A DNA stretch of 64,000 nt from Dehalococcoidia bacterium (lineage in GTDB: Bacteria > Chloroflexota > Dehalococcoidia > UBA2979). Numbering within the stretch: position 1 is the stretch's first letter; each line of letters begins with the position of its first letter. The stretch spans positions 96,001 through 160,000 of the forward strand of contig OZ253555.1 of assembly GCA_965262725.1 (NCBI GenBank), read 5' to 3'. The notes under the pieces were generated by a model that had not been told where the DNA came from, searched no databases, and saw only the letters and a list, made by a program, of their open reading frames with translations. A program made the translations under genes and the position numbers. This document shows, piece by piece, positions 9,739 to 19,235 of this stretch.

Positions 9739-10073
9739 ACGAACCGTACCTGCCAGAGCGCGGCGACTTCGTCTGGCTTGAGTTCTCACCGCAGGCCGGT
9801 CACGAGCAGGCGGGCCGGCGGCCGGCCCTCGTCGTCAGTCCCCGCCTGTACAACGAGCGTTCCAGCGTCGCACTGCTGTGCCCGGTCACATCCAGGGTCA
9901 CGGGGTACGCGTTCGAGGTCGTACTTCCTGCCGGCAGCCCTGTGACTGGGGTCGTGCTGTCCGATCAGGTTCGAAGCCTCGATTGGCGAGCACGGCACGC
10001 CCAGTTTGCGGGCCGGGCCCCTCGGCCCGTAGTAGCCGAGGTGCTGGCGAAGGCCCGAACCCTACTCGGCTGA
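9732..10073 (+). CDS. mazF: MazF/PemK endoribonuclease toxin
   Basis: RGDFVWLEFSPQAGHEQAGRRPALVVS...CPVTS...DQVRSLDWRAR. Confidence 0.93.
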   Translation: MVDEPYLPERGDFVWLEFSPQAGHEQAGRRPALVVSPRLYNERSSVALLCPVTSRVTGYAFEVVLPAGSPVTGVVLSDQVRSLDWRARHAQFAGRAPRPVVAEVLAKARTLLG

Positions 10074-10177
10074 GCTGAACAGGTTCTCACGATCGCGGGT
10101 CCAAGGGGATTGGGGGCTCGCGTTGCACTTGCACGTGTGTCGGGGCCTCCCTCGTTCCGGTCCCTACTCAAGCTCCC

Positions 10178-10516
10178 CGGGCCGTTGTACCGTCGCTCGA
10201 CGATCGTCCGCTGAGCCGGGTGCAGGAACACCGTCCACTGCTCCCAGGGGCAATCGAACGCCTGCTCCAACTCCTCGGCGTTCGCCATTCAGCCCGAACC
10301 GTCGCTGGGCGTCCGGATGCGCGAATGGATCCGGGTTCTCGGCGGCGCGTGCACCGGCCGCACCGGCGCGCCGCCTGTGGCGAGCTCCAGCAGCGCCTCA
10401 GCGGCTTCCCTTGGCAGGTGGTCGGCGAGTTCGAACAATGTGTCCTCGTTGGCCGAGCGGACATCGGCGATCCACTCGGGGGGAACGCCGTAGGCGAGCA
10501 GGTTGTCGTCGGAGAG
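10178..10516 (-). pseudogene. Frameshifted internal fragment of a UvrD-like DNA helicase
   Basis: LLAYGVPPEWIADVRSANEDTLFELADHLPREAAEALLELATG, then in another frame MANAEELEQAFDCPWEQWTVFLHPAQRTIVERRYNGP; breaks off just before the Walker A motif. Confidence 0.75.
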
Positions 10517-10699
10517 ATGCGGGGAGCGCGGGCTTGGGCACCGCCGCCGGCTCCTCCACGGCGACGTACTGCGGTATCTCGACTTCGCGGACGGTTGCCC
10601 GGCGGAGCGCTCAGCGGCACGCTGAGCCACCGGTCCAGCGTGTCGTGGCGCCGATGAATCGCGTGCGGCCGCGGGAGCGTCAGTGAGAGCAGGGGGCGG

Positions 10700-11620
10700 G
10701 TGAGCGACGTCGCCATTCGGACCGATGGCCTGACCAAGCGTTACGGCAGGAATGTCGCCGTCGACGGGCTCTCGATCGAAGTGACGCGAGGGCATGTCTA
10801 CGGCCTTCTCGGCCCGAACGGATCGGGCAAGACGACGACGATCGGCATGCTGCTCGGGCTGGTCCGACCGACGTCGGGCACCTTCAGCCTCTTGGGCTCG
10901 GCTGAGCGACACCGAGACGCCCTGCGTCGAGTCGGCGCCGTCGTGGAGACCCCCTCCTTCTACCCGTACCTCTCAGGGCGCCGAAACCTCACCTACTTCC
11001 AAGGGATCTCGGGCCGGGGCTCTCCCGCCGACGTCGACGCGCTGCTCGACAGGGTCGGGCTCCTGTCCCGTGCGGACAGCCGCTTCCACACCTACTCCCT
11101 CGGCATGAAGCAGCGCCTGGGCATCGCGTACGCCTTGCTGGGGGACCCGGAACTCCTGTTTCTGGACGAGCCAACCAACGGGATGGATCCGGAGGGTATG
11201 GCCGAGATCCGGGAGCTGATTCGGAGCCTGGGCACTGGCGGCAGGACCGTGCTCCTCTCGAGCCATCTTCTCAATGAGGTGGAGCAGGTCTGCGACAGCG
11301 TGACGATCCTGTCGAAGGGGAAGCTGATGGCGCAGGGCCGGGTCGCCGAACTGATCGGGGGCCGGGGCCGACAGCAGATTCGGACGCGGACCACCGACGA
11401 TGCGGCAGCCCACGGAATCCTCTCGGCCCTGGACTGGGTCGATGAGGTGCGGTCAGCGAACGGGTTCCTCCTCGTGTCGGCCCCGCACGAGCGCTCCTGG
11501 GAGCTGACGGCCGCCCTGGGTCGCGGGGGCGTCTACGTCTCCGAACTCACGCCCGTCCAGACCTCTCTCGAGGCGTACTTCCTTGAGGTCACGGGCGACG
11601 GTGAGGCGGAGAGCGAATGA
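10700..11620 (+). CDS. ABC transporter ATP-binding protein (ABC-2/drug exporter type)
   Basis: GPNGSGKTT, YSLGMKQRL, LFLDEP and SSH motifs. Confidence 0.95.
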   Translation: MSDVAIRTDGLTKRYGRNVAVDGLSIEVTRGHVYGLLGPNGSGKTTTIGMLLGLVRPTSGTFSLLGSAERHRDALRRVGAVVETPSFYPYLSGRRNLTYFQGISGRGSPADVDALLDRVGLLSRADSRFHTYSLGMKQRLGIAYALLGDPELLFLDEPTNGMDPEGMAEIRELIRSLGTGGRTVLLSSHLLNEVEQVCDSVTILSKGKLMAQGRVAELIGGRGRQQIRTRTTDDAAAHGILSALDWVDEVRSANGFLLVSAPHERSWELTAALGRGGVYVSELTPVQTSLEAYFLEVTGDGEAESE

Positions 11621-12645
11621 TCGTGTACGTGCTGCGCCTCACGTCCTGGGAGTGGTTCAAGCTGCGGCGACGCTGGATGCCCTGGATCATGCTGGCCGTC
11701 GCCGTCGTTCTCACGCAGATCGCCGTGTGGGCCAGCTACGCTCTGTTCCACAATGAGTCCCTGCAGGACGCTCTTTCCGCAGGGAGCTTCTCCACCACGT
11801 ACGTCAACGACGGCCGGACCATCACCGTGACGGCGACGTGCGCGGACCTCGTGAACGAGCGGGCGCCCGACGGCATCGAGCTGCTCTCCGATGCGCAGCG
11901 GCGCGACTTCCTGGCCGACGGCGAGCGCTTCCGCCACGAGAGCTGTGGCGGCATTTCGGCGACCGAGAGCCTGCGCGAGGGATTCGTGCTGCCGAGCGCG
12001 ATTCCCAACGCCGTGGCGGGAGTCTTCGACATCGTGGCGTTTCTGGTCCTCATCCTGACCGCGTCGGCGCTCGGCAACGAGTACGGCTGGGGAACGCTCA
12101 GGCCGGCGGTCTCCGGGGGGGCAGGCCGCTGGCCGCTGCTCCTGTCGAGGCTCGTCCTGCTGATGCTTCTGGGCGCGGGCGGACTGCTCGTCGTGGGCGC
12201 CTCCGCGGCCGTCTCCAGCGTTCTCGCCTCAGTCATCCCGCCGGCCGAATCCGGAGGGCTCACGGGATCCGGCGAGTGGACCGATGCCGCCGTGACGATG
12301 GGCAAGGCCGTCTACGGACTCGCCCCCTACGTCGCGCTCGCCGCCCTCATGACCGTGCTGACCCGCTCGGCGAACGCGGGCATGGGCATCAGCATGGGGT
12401 ACTTCGTCGTCGAGTTGATCTTCGTCCCCCTGCTCCGGAGCTTCGACTGGTTCGAGAGCGTCTCGGGGGCGCTCCTCGGCACCAACGTGGGCATATGGAT
12501 GGACCGCTCGGTCGCCGGCGCGGGAGAGACGCCGCCGGATACGCTCCAAGCGTTCCTCGTGCTTCTGGTGTACACGGCGGTGCTTGCGGGGGGCGCCCTC
12601 TGGAGCTTCCAGCGCCGGGACATCACGGGCGCGACGGGCAGCTAG
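11617..12645 (+). CDS. ABC-2 type permease
   Basis: About 6 TM segments; GNEYGWGTLR and FQRRDI motifs; ATGA coupling to the ATPase. Confidence 0.9.
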   Translation: MIVYVLRLTSWEWFKLRRRWMPWIMLAVAVVLTQIAVWASYALFHNESLQDALSAGSFSTTYVNDGRTITVTATCADLVNERAPDGIELLSDAQRRDFLADGERFRHESCGGISATESLREGFVLPSAIPNAVAGVFDIVAFLVLILTASALGNEYGWGTLRPAVSGGAGRWPLLLSRLVLLMLLGAGGLLVVGASAAVSSVLASVIPPAESGGLTGSGEWTDAAVTMGKAVYGLAPYVALAALMTVLTRSANAGMGISMGYFVVELIFVPLLRSFDWFESVSGALLGTNVGIWMDRSVAGAGETPPDTLQAFLVLLVYTAVLAGGALWSFQRRDITGATGS

Positions 12646-12693
12646 CCGGAATCCGCAGAACCCGGGTAGGCAGCCGGGGGCGGGGCTCGCTCG

Positions 12694-12796
12694 GTGCTCG
12701 TCAGCTCGCCGTTCCTCGGCGATGGCCTACCGCAAAGCCTGGGCGCGGCTGCGCCTGGTCGGCGTGCGCACGTCGCAAGGCCGGGTGCTGCGGCTG
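12694..12796 (+). pseudogene. IS3-family transposase (OrfB HTH) remnant
   Basis: SSPFLGDG/[frameshift]YRKAWARLRLVGVRTSQGRVLRL resembles the IS3 segment SPFxGEGYRKVWARLR..GIRTSxxRVLRL. Confidence 0.6.
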
Positions 12797-12846
12797 ACCG
12801 GGGGGCCGCCCTGCTGGCCGCTCGCAGTACTCACCATCCGAGCCAT

Positions 12847-13157
12847 TCAGTTCACCACGTGGACTCGACCATGCGGTCGAAGACCTGAGAGAACCTCGGA
12901 GACCCTGGCGCAGCTCCCGATGTACGGGACGAGGTCACGCTGGCTCAGGCCCTGCTGGTCCATGCAGAACTCGATGGCGGCGACCGGGTCGGGGTAGCCG
13001 CTGGGAGGTGCTTGTCCTCATGGACTTCGACAAGGTCGACGAGCACGTCGAGCTCCTCCCCCTCGGGCGTTCCTTCGCGGGCATCCATCAGCTCCGCGAC
13101 ACGCGCGAGGGCGGCTTCGTAGGCGGCTTCAGTGCGGATGGGCCTCACCTTGACCAT
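12847..13157 (-). pseudogene. higA: HigA antitoxin, frameshifted
   Basis: VRPIRTEAAYEAALARV..GTPEGEELDVLVDLVEVHEDKH, shifting near 13003 to YPDPVAAIEFCMDQQGLSQRDLVPYIGS.ARVSEVLSG. Confidence 0.8.
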
Positions 13158-13159
13158 TG

Positions 13160-13234
13160 CTACATCTCCCGTGCATCGATGCGGTCGTACTCGGCGTGCG
13201 TTCCCACGAAGCGGACATACATGATCCGGTACCG
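13160..13234 (-). pseudogene. higB: C-terminal remnant of HigB toxin
   Basis: RYRIMYVRFVGTHAEYDRIDAREM*, directly upstream of higA; the 5' part is missing and vapBC lies in its place. Confidence 0.8.
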
Positions 13235-13280
13235 CCTCACCGTTTTCGGTCAGGGCACAGGCGTGGCTTCCGTAACGGCC

Positions 13281-13667
13281 TCACCAGAGACGCGCTACGC
13301 CGTACCTGTCGAAGAAGGTCTCGTTGGAGACGAGTACAAGTTCCCGACCGATTGCCTGTGCGATGAGCATTCGGTCGAAGGGGTCGCGGTACGGACCCGG
13401 GAGCGACCCCGCGCGCACGGCATCCTCGACGGTTACGGAGAGCCTCTCGAAGCGCTGACTGGCTATGTACTCGGGAACGTTGAGGGCGAGTGTGTCCACG
13501 CCGCCCAGCCGCCCTAGCCGGTGCTTGGTGGCGATCTCCCAAGCGGATGCAGCGCTGACGAATACGTCGTTGGACTCGTCTGATATCGCCGCCCGGGCAG
13601 GCGCCGGCAGGTGATCGCTGCCCTCGAACCACCAGATGAATGCGTGAGTATCGAGGAGGAGGCGCAA
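13281..13667 (-). CDS. vapC: VapC PIN-domain toxin
   Basis: LLLDTHAFIWW..SAASAWEIATK..RDPFDRMLIAQA. Confidence 0.92.
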   Translation of the reverse strand: MRLLLDTHAFIWWFEGSDHLPAPARAAISDESNDVFVSAASAWEIATKHRLGRLGGVDTLALNVPEYIASQRFERLSVTVEDAVRAGSLPGPYRDPFDRMLIAQAIGRELVLVSNETFFDRYGVARLW

Positions 13668-13670
13668 GAC

Positions 13671-13904
13671 CTAGGCGCCCTCCCAGGCGGCGAGTTCCGC
13701 TTCGGGGAGAGGATCGAAGAAGCTGTCATCGAGCTTGATTCGCCCCCGGAGTGCGCCGAATTGGCGCTTGCCCGGCGTCTCGCAGGCCACAAGGCGTGCC
13801 ACGGGCTTGCCGTTTCGCGCAATCACGACATCTTCACCCGCCTCGACTTGCGCAAGCAGGCGCGACAGGTTGCTTTTCGCCTCGTGAATATTGACTATCG
13901 TCAT
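13671..13904 (-). CDS. Phd/YefM-family antitoxin
   Basis: VNIHEAKSNLSRLL..GEDVVIARNGKPVARLV. Confidence 0.92.
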   Translation of the reverse strand: MTIVNIHEAKSNLSRLLAQVEAGEDVVIARNGKPVARLVACETPGKRQFGALRGRIKLDDSFFDPLPEAELAAWEGA

Positions 13905-13946
13905 TCGCGGTTCCCTGCCGGCTCAGTCTAGCTAACTCGCGGGCTA

Positions 13947-14222
13947 ATGCAAGTTCGTGCGGGTATTGGTTGGTGGGCTCGCGAAGAACTCGTCTCGCGC
14001 CTGGAGGCCGCCGCGGACCGTGAGCTCGCGACGGGCAGCGTCACCCTGCGCTGGGGTAAGGGCCATATCGCCGTCGTGAAGCGTGCCGCGGCGATCCTCG
14101 GCGTCCCGTACGAGACCTATCTCAAGCAAGTCGTGTTCCGGCAGGCGGTCGCGGACATCGAGCACGCTGAAGCGGTACTCGGTCCGGAGCCTCAACCCAG
14201 GGGCTCCCGCCGCCGCTCGTGA
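13947..14222 (+). CDS. Probable CopG/BrnA-like RHH antitoxin (orphan, possibly 5'-truncated)
   Basis: SVTLRW...VKRAAAILGVPYETYLKQ resembles the GIPYQT RHH motif. Confidence 0.5.
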   Translation: MQVRAGIGWWAREELVSRLEAAADRELATGSVTLRWGKGHIAVVKRAAAILGVPYETYLKQVVFRQAVADIEHAEAVLGPEPQPRGSRRRS

Positions 14223-14268
14223 ACTGGATCTCCCCCGCCTGCGCTCGTGGGTCGTGAAGGGGTTCCCG
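14202..14268 (+). pseudogene. Possible ParE/RelE toxin remnant
   Basis: GSRR/ARELDLPRLRSWVVKGFP resembles ParE GSPRYAHELDLPGLRSWPLxxFP. Confidence 0.4.
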
Positions 14269-14335
14269 GGCGGTCATGATGTTGGTACTATCTGATCAAA
14301 AGAGCCATTTAGTCCGATCGACGTGGAGGGGACGA

Positions 14336-14641
14336 ATGTCCGCCAGCCACATCAGTGTCGCCCACGCGAAGGCGAAGTTCTCTGCCCTGCTTGAGGGAGT
14401 CTTTCACCGTGGCGAGCGATACGTCATCGAACGACACGGCAGGGAGGTCGCGGCGATCGTGAGCCCGTCCGAGTTGCGACGGCTGGAGCAGGAGCGCCCG
14501 CTTGCTGAGCGACCCTCTGGCGCGATGGCGCTCGTCGGACTCTGGCAGGACCTGTCCGACGATGAGATCGATCGACTGCTCGCCGATCTCCGCGCGGCAC
14601 GGGATCGTGACACGGGCAGACACGTCGGACTGGGTGCGTGA
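14336..14641 (+). CDS. Phd/YefM-family antitoxin
   Basis: ISVAHAKAKFSALL..GERYVIERHGREVAAIV; GGAGG RBS; TGnTACTAT upstream. Confidence 0.88.
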   Translation: MSASHISVAHAKAKFSALLEGVFHRGERYVIERHGREVAAIVSPSELRRLEQERPLAERPSGAMALVGLWQDLSDDEIDRLLADLRAARDRDTGRHVGLGA

Positions 14642-15048
14642 CGTATCTCCTCGATACGGACACGCTGAGCGAGCTCATGAGGCGCTCGCCCTCGCCAACG
14701 CTCCTCCGGCGCCTTGCTGCGGTGCCTCCAGATCAGCAGGCCACCTCGGCCATTACCCTGGGGGAACTCCTGTACGGGGCGTACCGCGTTGAGGCTCAGT
14801 CGCAGGGGTTGCTGGAACGCATGGAACAGACGGTGACGGCCAACCTTCCGGTTCTGCCGTTCGACGCGGATGCCGCCACGGAGTACGGAGCGCTGCGCGC
14901 GCTGCTTGAGGCGCGCGGGACGCCCATCGGCAACGCGGACATGCAGATCGCGTCCATCGCGCTGGCAAGGGCTCTCACTGTCGTCACGGGCAATGTGCGG
15001 CATTTCGAACGCGTGCCGTCCCTCCCCGTCGAGAACTGGCTCGTGTGA
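14638..15048 (+). CDS. vapC: VapC PIN-domain toxin
   Basis: YLLDTDTLSEL..ITLGELLYG..GTPIGNADMQIASIA..VTGNVRHFERV. Confidence 0.93.
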   Translation: MTYLLDTDTLSELMRRSPSPTLLRRLAAVPPDQQATSAITLGELLYGAYRVEAQSQGLLERMEQTVTANLPVLPFDADAATEYGALRALLEARGTPIGNADMQIASIALARALTVVTGNVRHFERVPSLPVENWLV

Positions 15049-15071
15049 TCCAGGGGACAGCAGAGCCGAAC

Positions 15072-15182
15072 TTGATCGAACTCAAGGCCGGCCGGGCCGA
15101 CCTGCGCGCGATCGGACACATACTCTCGTACGTGGGGACCGTCACCGCCGAGCCGGCTCGCGATATTCGCGGCATTGGGTGA
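15072..15182 (+). pseudogene. NucS/EndoMS-like endonuclease C-terminal remnant
   Basis: LIELKAGRADLRAIGHILSYVG...IRGIG*, a degraded ExK..GQILxYMG..VRGIL motif. Confidence 0.6.
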
Positions 15183-15239
15183 GCCGCGACGGGCTCGGCG
15201 GCGACGACGTCAAGATCGCGGCCCTCAGCCCCACGCTGT

Positions 15240-15656
15240 TCAGGAGGCATCCGCCCACGGATTGTACGAACCGATGTACCAGAGCTGACCCTCCGGGTCG
15301 CGCACCGAGAAGAGGCTGCCGCCGTAGTCCTGGTGGGTCAGCTCCATCGTGATGTTGGCCTCTGCCGCCACGACGCGCTCGTAGCAGTCCTCGATATCGC
15401 TCACGACGATGAAGGCGCTCTGAGTCAGCGTCCCGTCGGGCACGGGAGCGACAACGGCATCCACCGGGGACTCCTCCGTGAACGAGCCGACCATGATCAT
15501 GCCGTTGCCGAGCACGAGTTGAGCATGCGCCACGGTGTCTTCGGTATCTCCGGGCACGACAAGCCGTCGCTCGAACCCCAGGACATCGCACAGCCAGTTG
15601 ATGGCCGTGTACGCGTCGCGGTACCGCATGCTGGGGATGATGTTCGCTGCCGTCAC
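15240..15656 (-). CDS. VOC/glyoxalase family protein
   Basis: IIPSMRYRDAYTAINWLCDVLGF..HAQL..QDYGG..RDPEGQLW; GTG start inferred. Confidence 0.88.
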   Translation of the reverse strand: MTAANIIPSMRYRDAYTAINWLCDVLGFERRLVVPGDTEDTVAHAQLVLGNGMIMVGSFTEESPVDAVVAPVPDGTLTQSAFIVVSDIEDCYERVVAAEANITMELTHQDYGGSLFSVRDPEGQLWYIGSYNPWADAS

Positions 15657-15805
15657 GTCGACCGTTCCATGGAATCTCCCCACGAGAGCGTGCGTCCCGT
15701 CGGCGCTTGCCCACGGCAGTGTAGCGCTGCGACAGCGCCCCAGACCGCCGCGTCGCGGAGCGAGTCGAACCACGAGCTCCTCGAGCCCGACGTCGCAAGC
15801 CGCCG

Positions 15806-18229
15806 TCAGCGCCGTCGACGGAAGAGGTGCAGGTTGGTGGGCTCGTCGACCAGGGCGCCGCTGCGGCGCAACTCGCTGATCGCCTCCCGGCTGAGACCGG
15901 CGACCTCGGCGAGCACCTCGTCGTTGTTCTGCGCAAAGAGGGGCGCCGGCGCGCGCCGCCGGGCGGGGGTGCGCGAGAGGCGCCAGGGGAACCCGTCTCC
16001 CCGTTCGTAGCCGACCTCGGGATGCACGCCCTCGACCCAGTAGCCCCGCTCGGCGAGGTGTGGATCCATGCATACCTCCCAGTTGGCGAGGACGGGAGCA
16101 GCGGGAACGCCGGCCCGCTGGAGCCTGAGCGCTCCCTCCCTGTGGTCCAGCTCCCGACTCCACGACGAGATCGCCTCCTCGATCGGCGCGTGAGCCCCGA
16201 GGCGCGAGCCGACATCGGGGTATCGCTCGGCGAGCTCGGGCTCCCCCAGCTCGGCGCACAGCGCGCGCCACTGCTCGTCCGACTCGATGCCGATCGCCAG
16301 CCAGTCGTCGTGGCCGGCGGAGGGGTAGACACCCTGCGGGGCGATTCGCCACGAGCGGTTCCCGCGGGGCGTCATCGCTCCGTTGCCGAGTCTGTGGTTC
16401 ATCAGCGCCTCGACCATGGAGAGGGCGCCGGCCTCCTGTAGCGAGACGTCGACATGCTGGCCGCGGCCGCTGCGCTCGCGCTCCCAGAGCGCGGCCAGCA
16501 CCGCCGCGGCCGCGAGGGTTCCGGCGACCGGGTCGGCCTGGAAGGATCCCGTGCCGTACAGCTCCTCCGGTCCGTAGCCGGTCTGCGCGACGAGGCCGCT
16601 CGACGCCTCGATGTTGGAGCCCAGCGCCCGGTAGTTCGCCTCGGGCCCCGTGCCTCCGAACGCGGAGAGCGAGCACAGGATGACGCGGTCGTTCTCGCGG
16701 GCGAGCGCCTCGTACGAGAGGCCGAGGTTCGCAAAGACGCGAGGCGAGTTGTTCTCGATCACCACGTCGGCCCAGCGCACGACGCGGAGGAAGGCGTCGC
16801 GGGCCGCCGGCTGGTCGAGATCGAGGGAGATGCTGCGCTTGTTGCGATTCAGCTGGTTGAAGGAGGAGCCGCGGTTGAAGGACCGCGGCCAGGCGGAGGT
16901 CGGGCCGATGAAGCGGCTCTGCCTGGTCGCGAGCCCGCGCGTGCGCTCGACGATCACGACATCGGCGCCCATGTCGGCGAGATGACGTCCGACGAGCGGC
17001 CCCGCCCAGGCGTTCGTGACCTCGACGACGCGGAGGTCGCTGAGGGGCTGACCCCCGGGTGGCCCCGGTGCGGGAGGAGCGCCCCGCGGCCGACGGGAGT
17101 TCCTCGGCGGAGACGGGCCCGCGCCGAGAAGCGGCGCTGCATCTCCCGGCTCACACGCCGAGCGGGAGAAGCGGAGCGGCAGACCCGGGATCTCGAGCCG
17201 GCCCACCAGCGGATGCTCGACCGTCTTCCACCACCGCCTGGCGGCGAGCTGCTCGGACGCAGCGAGATCGGCCGCGGTGCGGACGGGCGCCATCAGCTGC
17301 CCGAGCGCCTGCGCGGACTCGTAGATCTCCTGGGCGGAATGGTCGAGCGCCCAGCTCTCGACGAGGCCGCGTACCTCGGGGATGGCGGCCCGCCACCCCT
17401 CCATCGTCTGGAAGCGCGGGTCGTCCCGGAGCTCGGGTCGGCCGATGAGCAGTAGCACCTCGGCGGTGCTGGGCTGCCAGTGCACCCAGCCGTCGCGGCA
17501 GCGGATGAGGGAGGAGCCCTCCCGCCGCCGGATCTCGCCTTCCTGCTCCCAGGCGGTGGTGAACCAGACCTGGGCCGCGAGCATCGACTCGAACGTCGAG
17601 ACCTCGACGCGCTGTCCGCGACCGCTGCTGCGCGTCTCCCCGAGCGCGAAGAGGCCACCGAGCGCGAGGTGCATCCCGGCGTGGAACTCGCCCTGATGGC
17701 CATGCACCATCAGCGGCTCCCGCGCCGGATCGCCGCAGAAGTAGAGGTATCCGCCCATCGCGTAGTCGACGATCTCCGAGCTCAGCCAGTCCGAGTACGG
17801 CCCGGGCCGGCCGAAGGGCGTGTGCGACACGTAGATGAGCGACGGGGAGTCCGCAGACAGGGAGTCGTAGTCGAGCCCGCGCGCGCCCATCGTGGCCGGC
17901 CCCTGCGACTCGATCAGGATCTCCGCGTCGCGGACGAGCGTCCTCAGGAGTTGCTGGCCGTCTGGCGTGTCGAGGTCCGCCACGACGCTCTCCTTGCCGG
18001 CGTTGAGAGCCAGGTGGAGCCCGCCGCGCTCGGCGTCTGTCTTCGAATCGGCAAAGGGACCGAGCCGCCTCAGGCGCTCGCCGCCCGGCGGCTCGACCTT
18101 GATGACCCTCGCGCCCAGATCGCCGAGGATCCGCGAGGCGACGCCGGCGGCGACGCCCTCCCCGCAGTCGACCACCGTCACATCATCGAGTAGCCGGGCC
18201 GGACCATCGGGAGCCGCTTCGACCATCAC
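15806..18229 (-). CDS. Tandem-domain family III CoA-transferase (CaiB/BaiF)
   Basis: Two copies of LxDLGAxVIxVE and LN(A/R)(G/N)KxS motifs. Confidence 0.9.
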   Translation of the reverse strand: MMVEAAPDGPARLLDDVTVVDCGEGVAAGVASRILGDLGARVIKVEPPGGERLRRLGPFADSKTDAERGGLHLALNAGKESVVADLDTPDGQQLLRTLVRDAEILIESQGPATMGARGLDYDSLSADSPSLIYVSHTPFGRPGPYSDWLSSEIVDYAMGGYLYFCGDPAREPLMVHGHQGEFHAGMHLALGGLFALGETRSSGRGQRVEVSTFESMLAAQVWFTTAWEQEGEIRRREGSSLIRCRDGWVHWQPSTAEVLLLIGRPELRDDPRFQTMEGWRAAIPEVRGLVESWALDHSAQEIYESAQALGQLMAPVRTAADLAASEQLAARRWWKTVEHPLVGRLEIPGLPLRFSRSACEPGDAAPLLGAGPSPPRNSRRPRGAPPAPGPPGGQPLSDLRVVEVTNAWAGPLVGRHLADMGADVVIVERTRGLATRQSRFIGPTSAWPRSFNRGSSFNQLNRNKRSISLDLDQPAARDAFLRVVRWADVVIENNSPRVFANLGLSYEALARENDRVILCSLSAFGGTGPEANYRALGSNIEASSGLVAQTGYGPEELYGTGSFQADPVAGTLAAAAVLAALWERERSGRGQHVDVSLQEAGALSMVEALMNHRLGNGAMTPRGNRSWRIAPQGVYPSAGHDDWLAIGIESDEQWRALCAELGEPELAERYPDVGSRLGAHAPIEEAISSWSRELDHREGALRLQRAGVPAAPVLANWEVCMDPHLAERGYWVEGVHPEVGYERGDGFPWRLSRTPARRRAPAPLFAQNNDEVLAEVAGLSREAISELRRSGALVDEPTNLHLFRRRR

Positions 18230-18390
18230 GCGCTCCCGAGCTCCCGCGCCGGGTGTATCGGTACAATGCGCGCCGCCCACACGGGGGCATCGGGGGAGCC
18301 GCCCCCGCGTCGCGCCCTGTCAACAACCTCTCGCATGGGGGGAGAGTAGCAGTGGGGAGGCGCCCGACCGCGCCTATACTGGCGCCCGCC

Positions 18391-18873
18391 ATGACGAGTT
18401 CCGAGCGGAGCCGGAAGACCGTCTACCTGGCGAGTCCGTACGGGTTCTCGGCGCAGCAGCGGGAGTTGCTGTTGCCGCCGCTGGTGGCGGCGCTCGAAGG
18501 GCTGGGGCTCGAGGTGTGGGAGCCGTTCGCTCGGAACAATCAGGTGGAGCGTGCGGAGCCCGACTGGGCGTGGGGCATCGGGCAGGCGGACTTCGAGGAC
18601 GTGCGGGAGTCGGACGCGATCGTCGCGGTGGTGAACGGGGTTCCGCCGGACGAGGGAGTAATGGTGGAGCTGGGCATGGCCATCGCCCTGGGGAAGCCCA
18701 CGTTCCTCTTTCGCGACGACTTCCGGCGGGCGACCGACAGCGAGAACTACCCGCTCAACCTGATGCTGTTCACGGGTCTGCCACGCGAGGGGTGGCGGGA
18801 CTGGTACTACGAGTCGGTCGAGGATCTCGCCGACCCGGAGAGGTCGCTCGCGCGCTGGGCGCGCGAGGGGTGA
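18391..18873 (+). CDS. Nucleoside 2-deoxyribosyltransferase family protein
   Basis: VYLASPYGF..D..DAIVAV..PDEGVMVELGMAIALGKP..NLML. Confidence 0.88.
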   Translation: MTSSERSRKTVYLASPYGFSAQQRELLLPPLVAALEGLGLEVWEPFARNNQVERAEPDWAWGIGQADFEDVRESDAIVAVVNGVPPDEGVMVELGMAIALGKPTFLFRDDFRRATDSENYPLNLMLFTGLPREGWRDWYYESVEDLADPERSLARWAREG

Positions 18874-19235
18874 CGCCAGAGGGCGTCCGTCGAGCATCCG
18901 GCCTTCGCTCTCGGCGGTGGTGGCCCAGACCTCGATGAACGCAGATGGCCCGGCCGATGAGGTTGGACGTGCGCACCTGCTCCATGCGAGGCGTCCCCGG
19001 CGCCAGCGACCACGGCCATGGCCACCGAGAGGCACAACGCGGCCATCGCGCAGGCACCGGTCGATCCGTCCCGCAGTCCACCCGCCGGCGGTCCCACCGC
19101 CGACATGCACCTCACCGTCCGGGAGTCGCCGCCCGACAGCTGGGCGGGGGCGAGAGTGAGGCGGCGACGCATTGACAAATGGCTTGTCTCGGTGTCTCGT
19201 CCGGCCATGCCCCGCCGCCCGTGAAGGAGAACGCC

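Noticed and set aside
18915-19000. VRTSNLI..SAFIEV as an IS256 transposase remnant
   Set aside because: Too short and needs a frameshift; not distinguishable from chance
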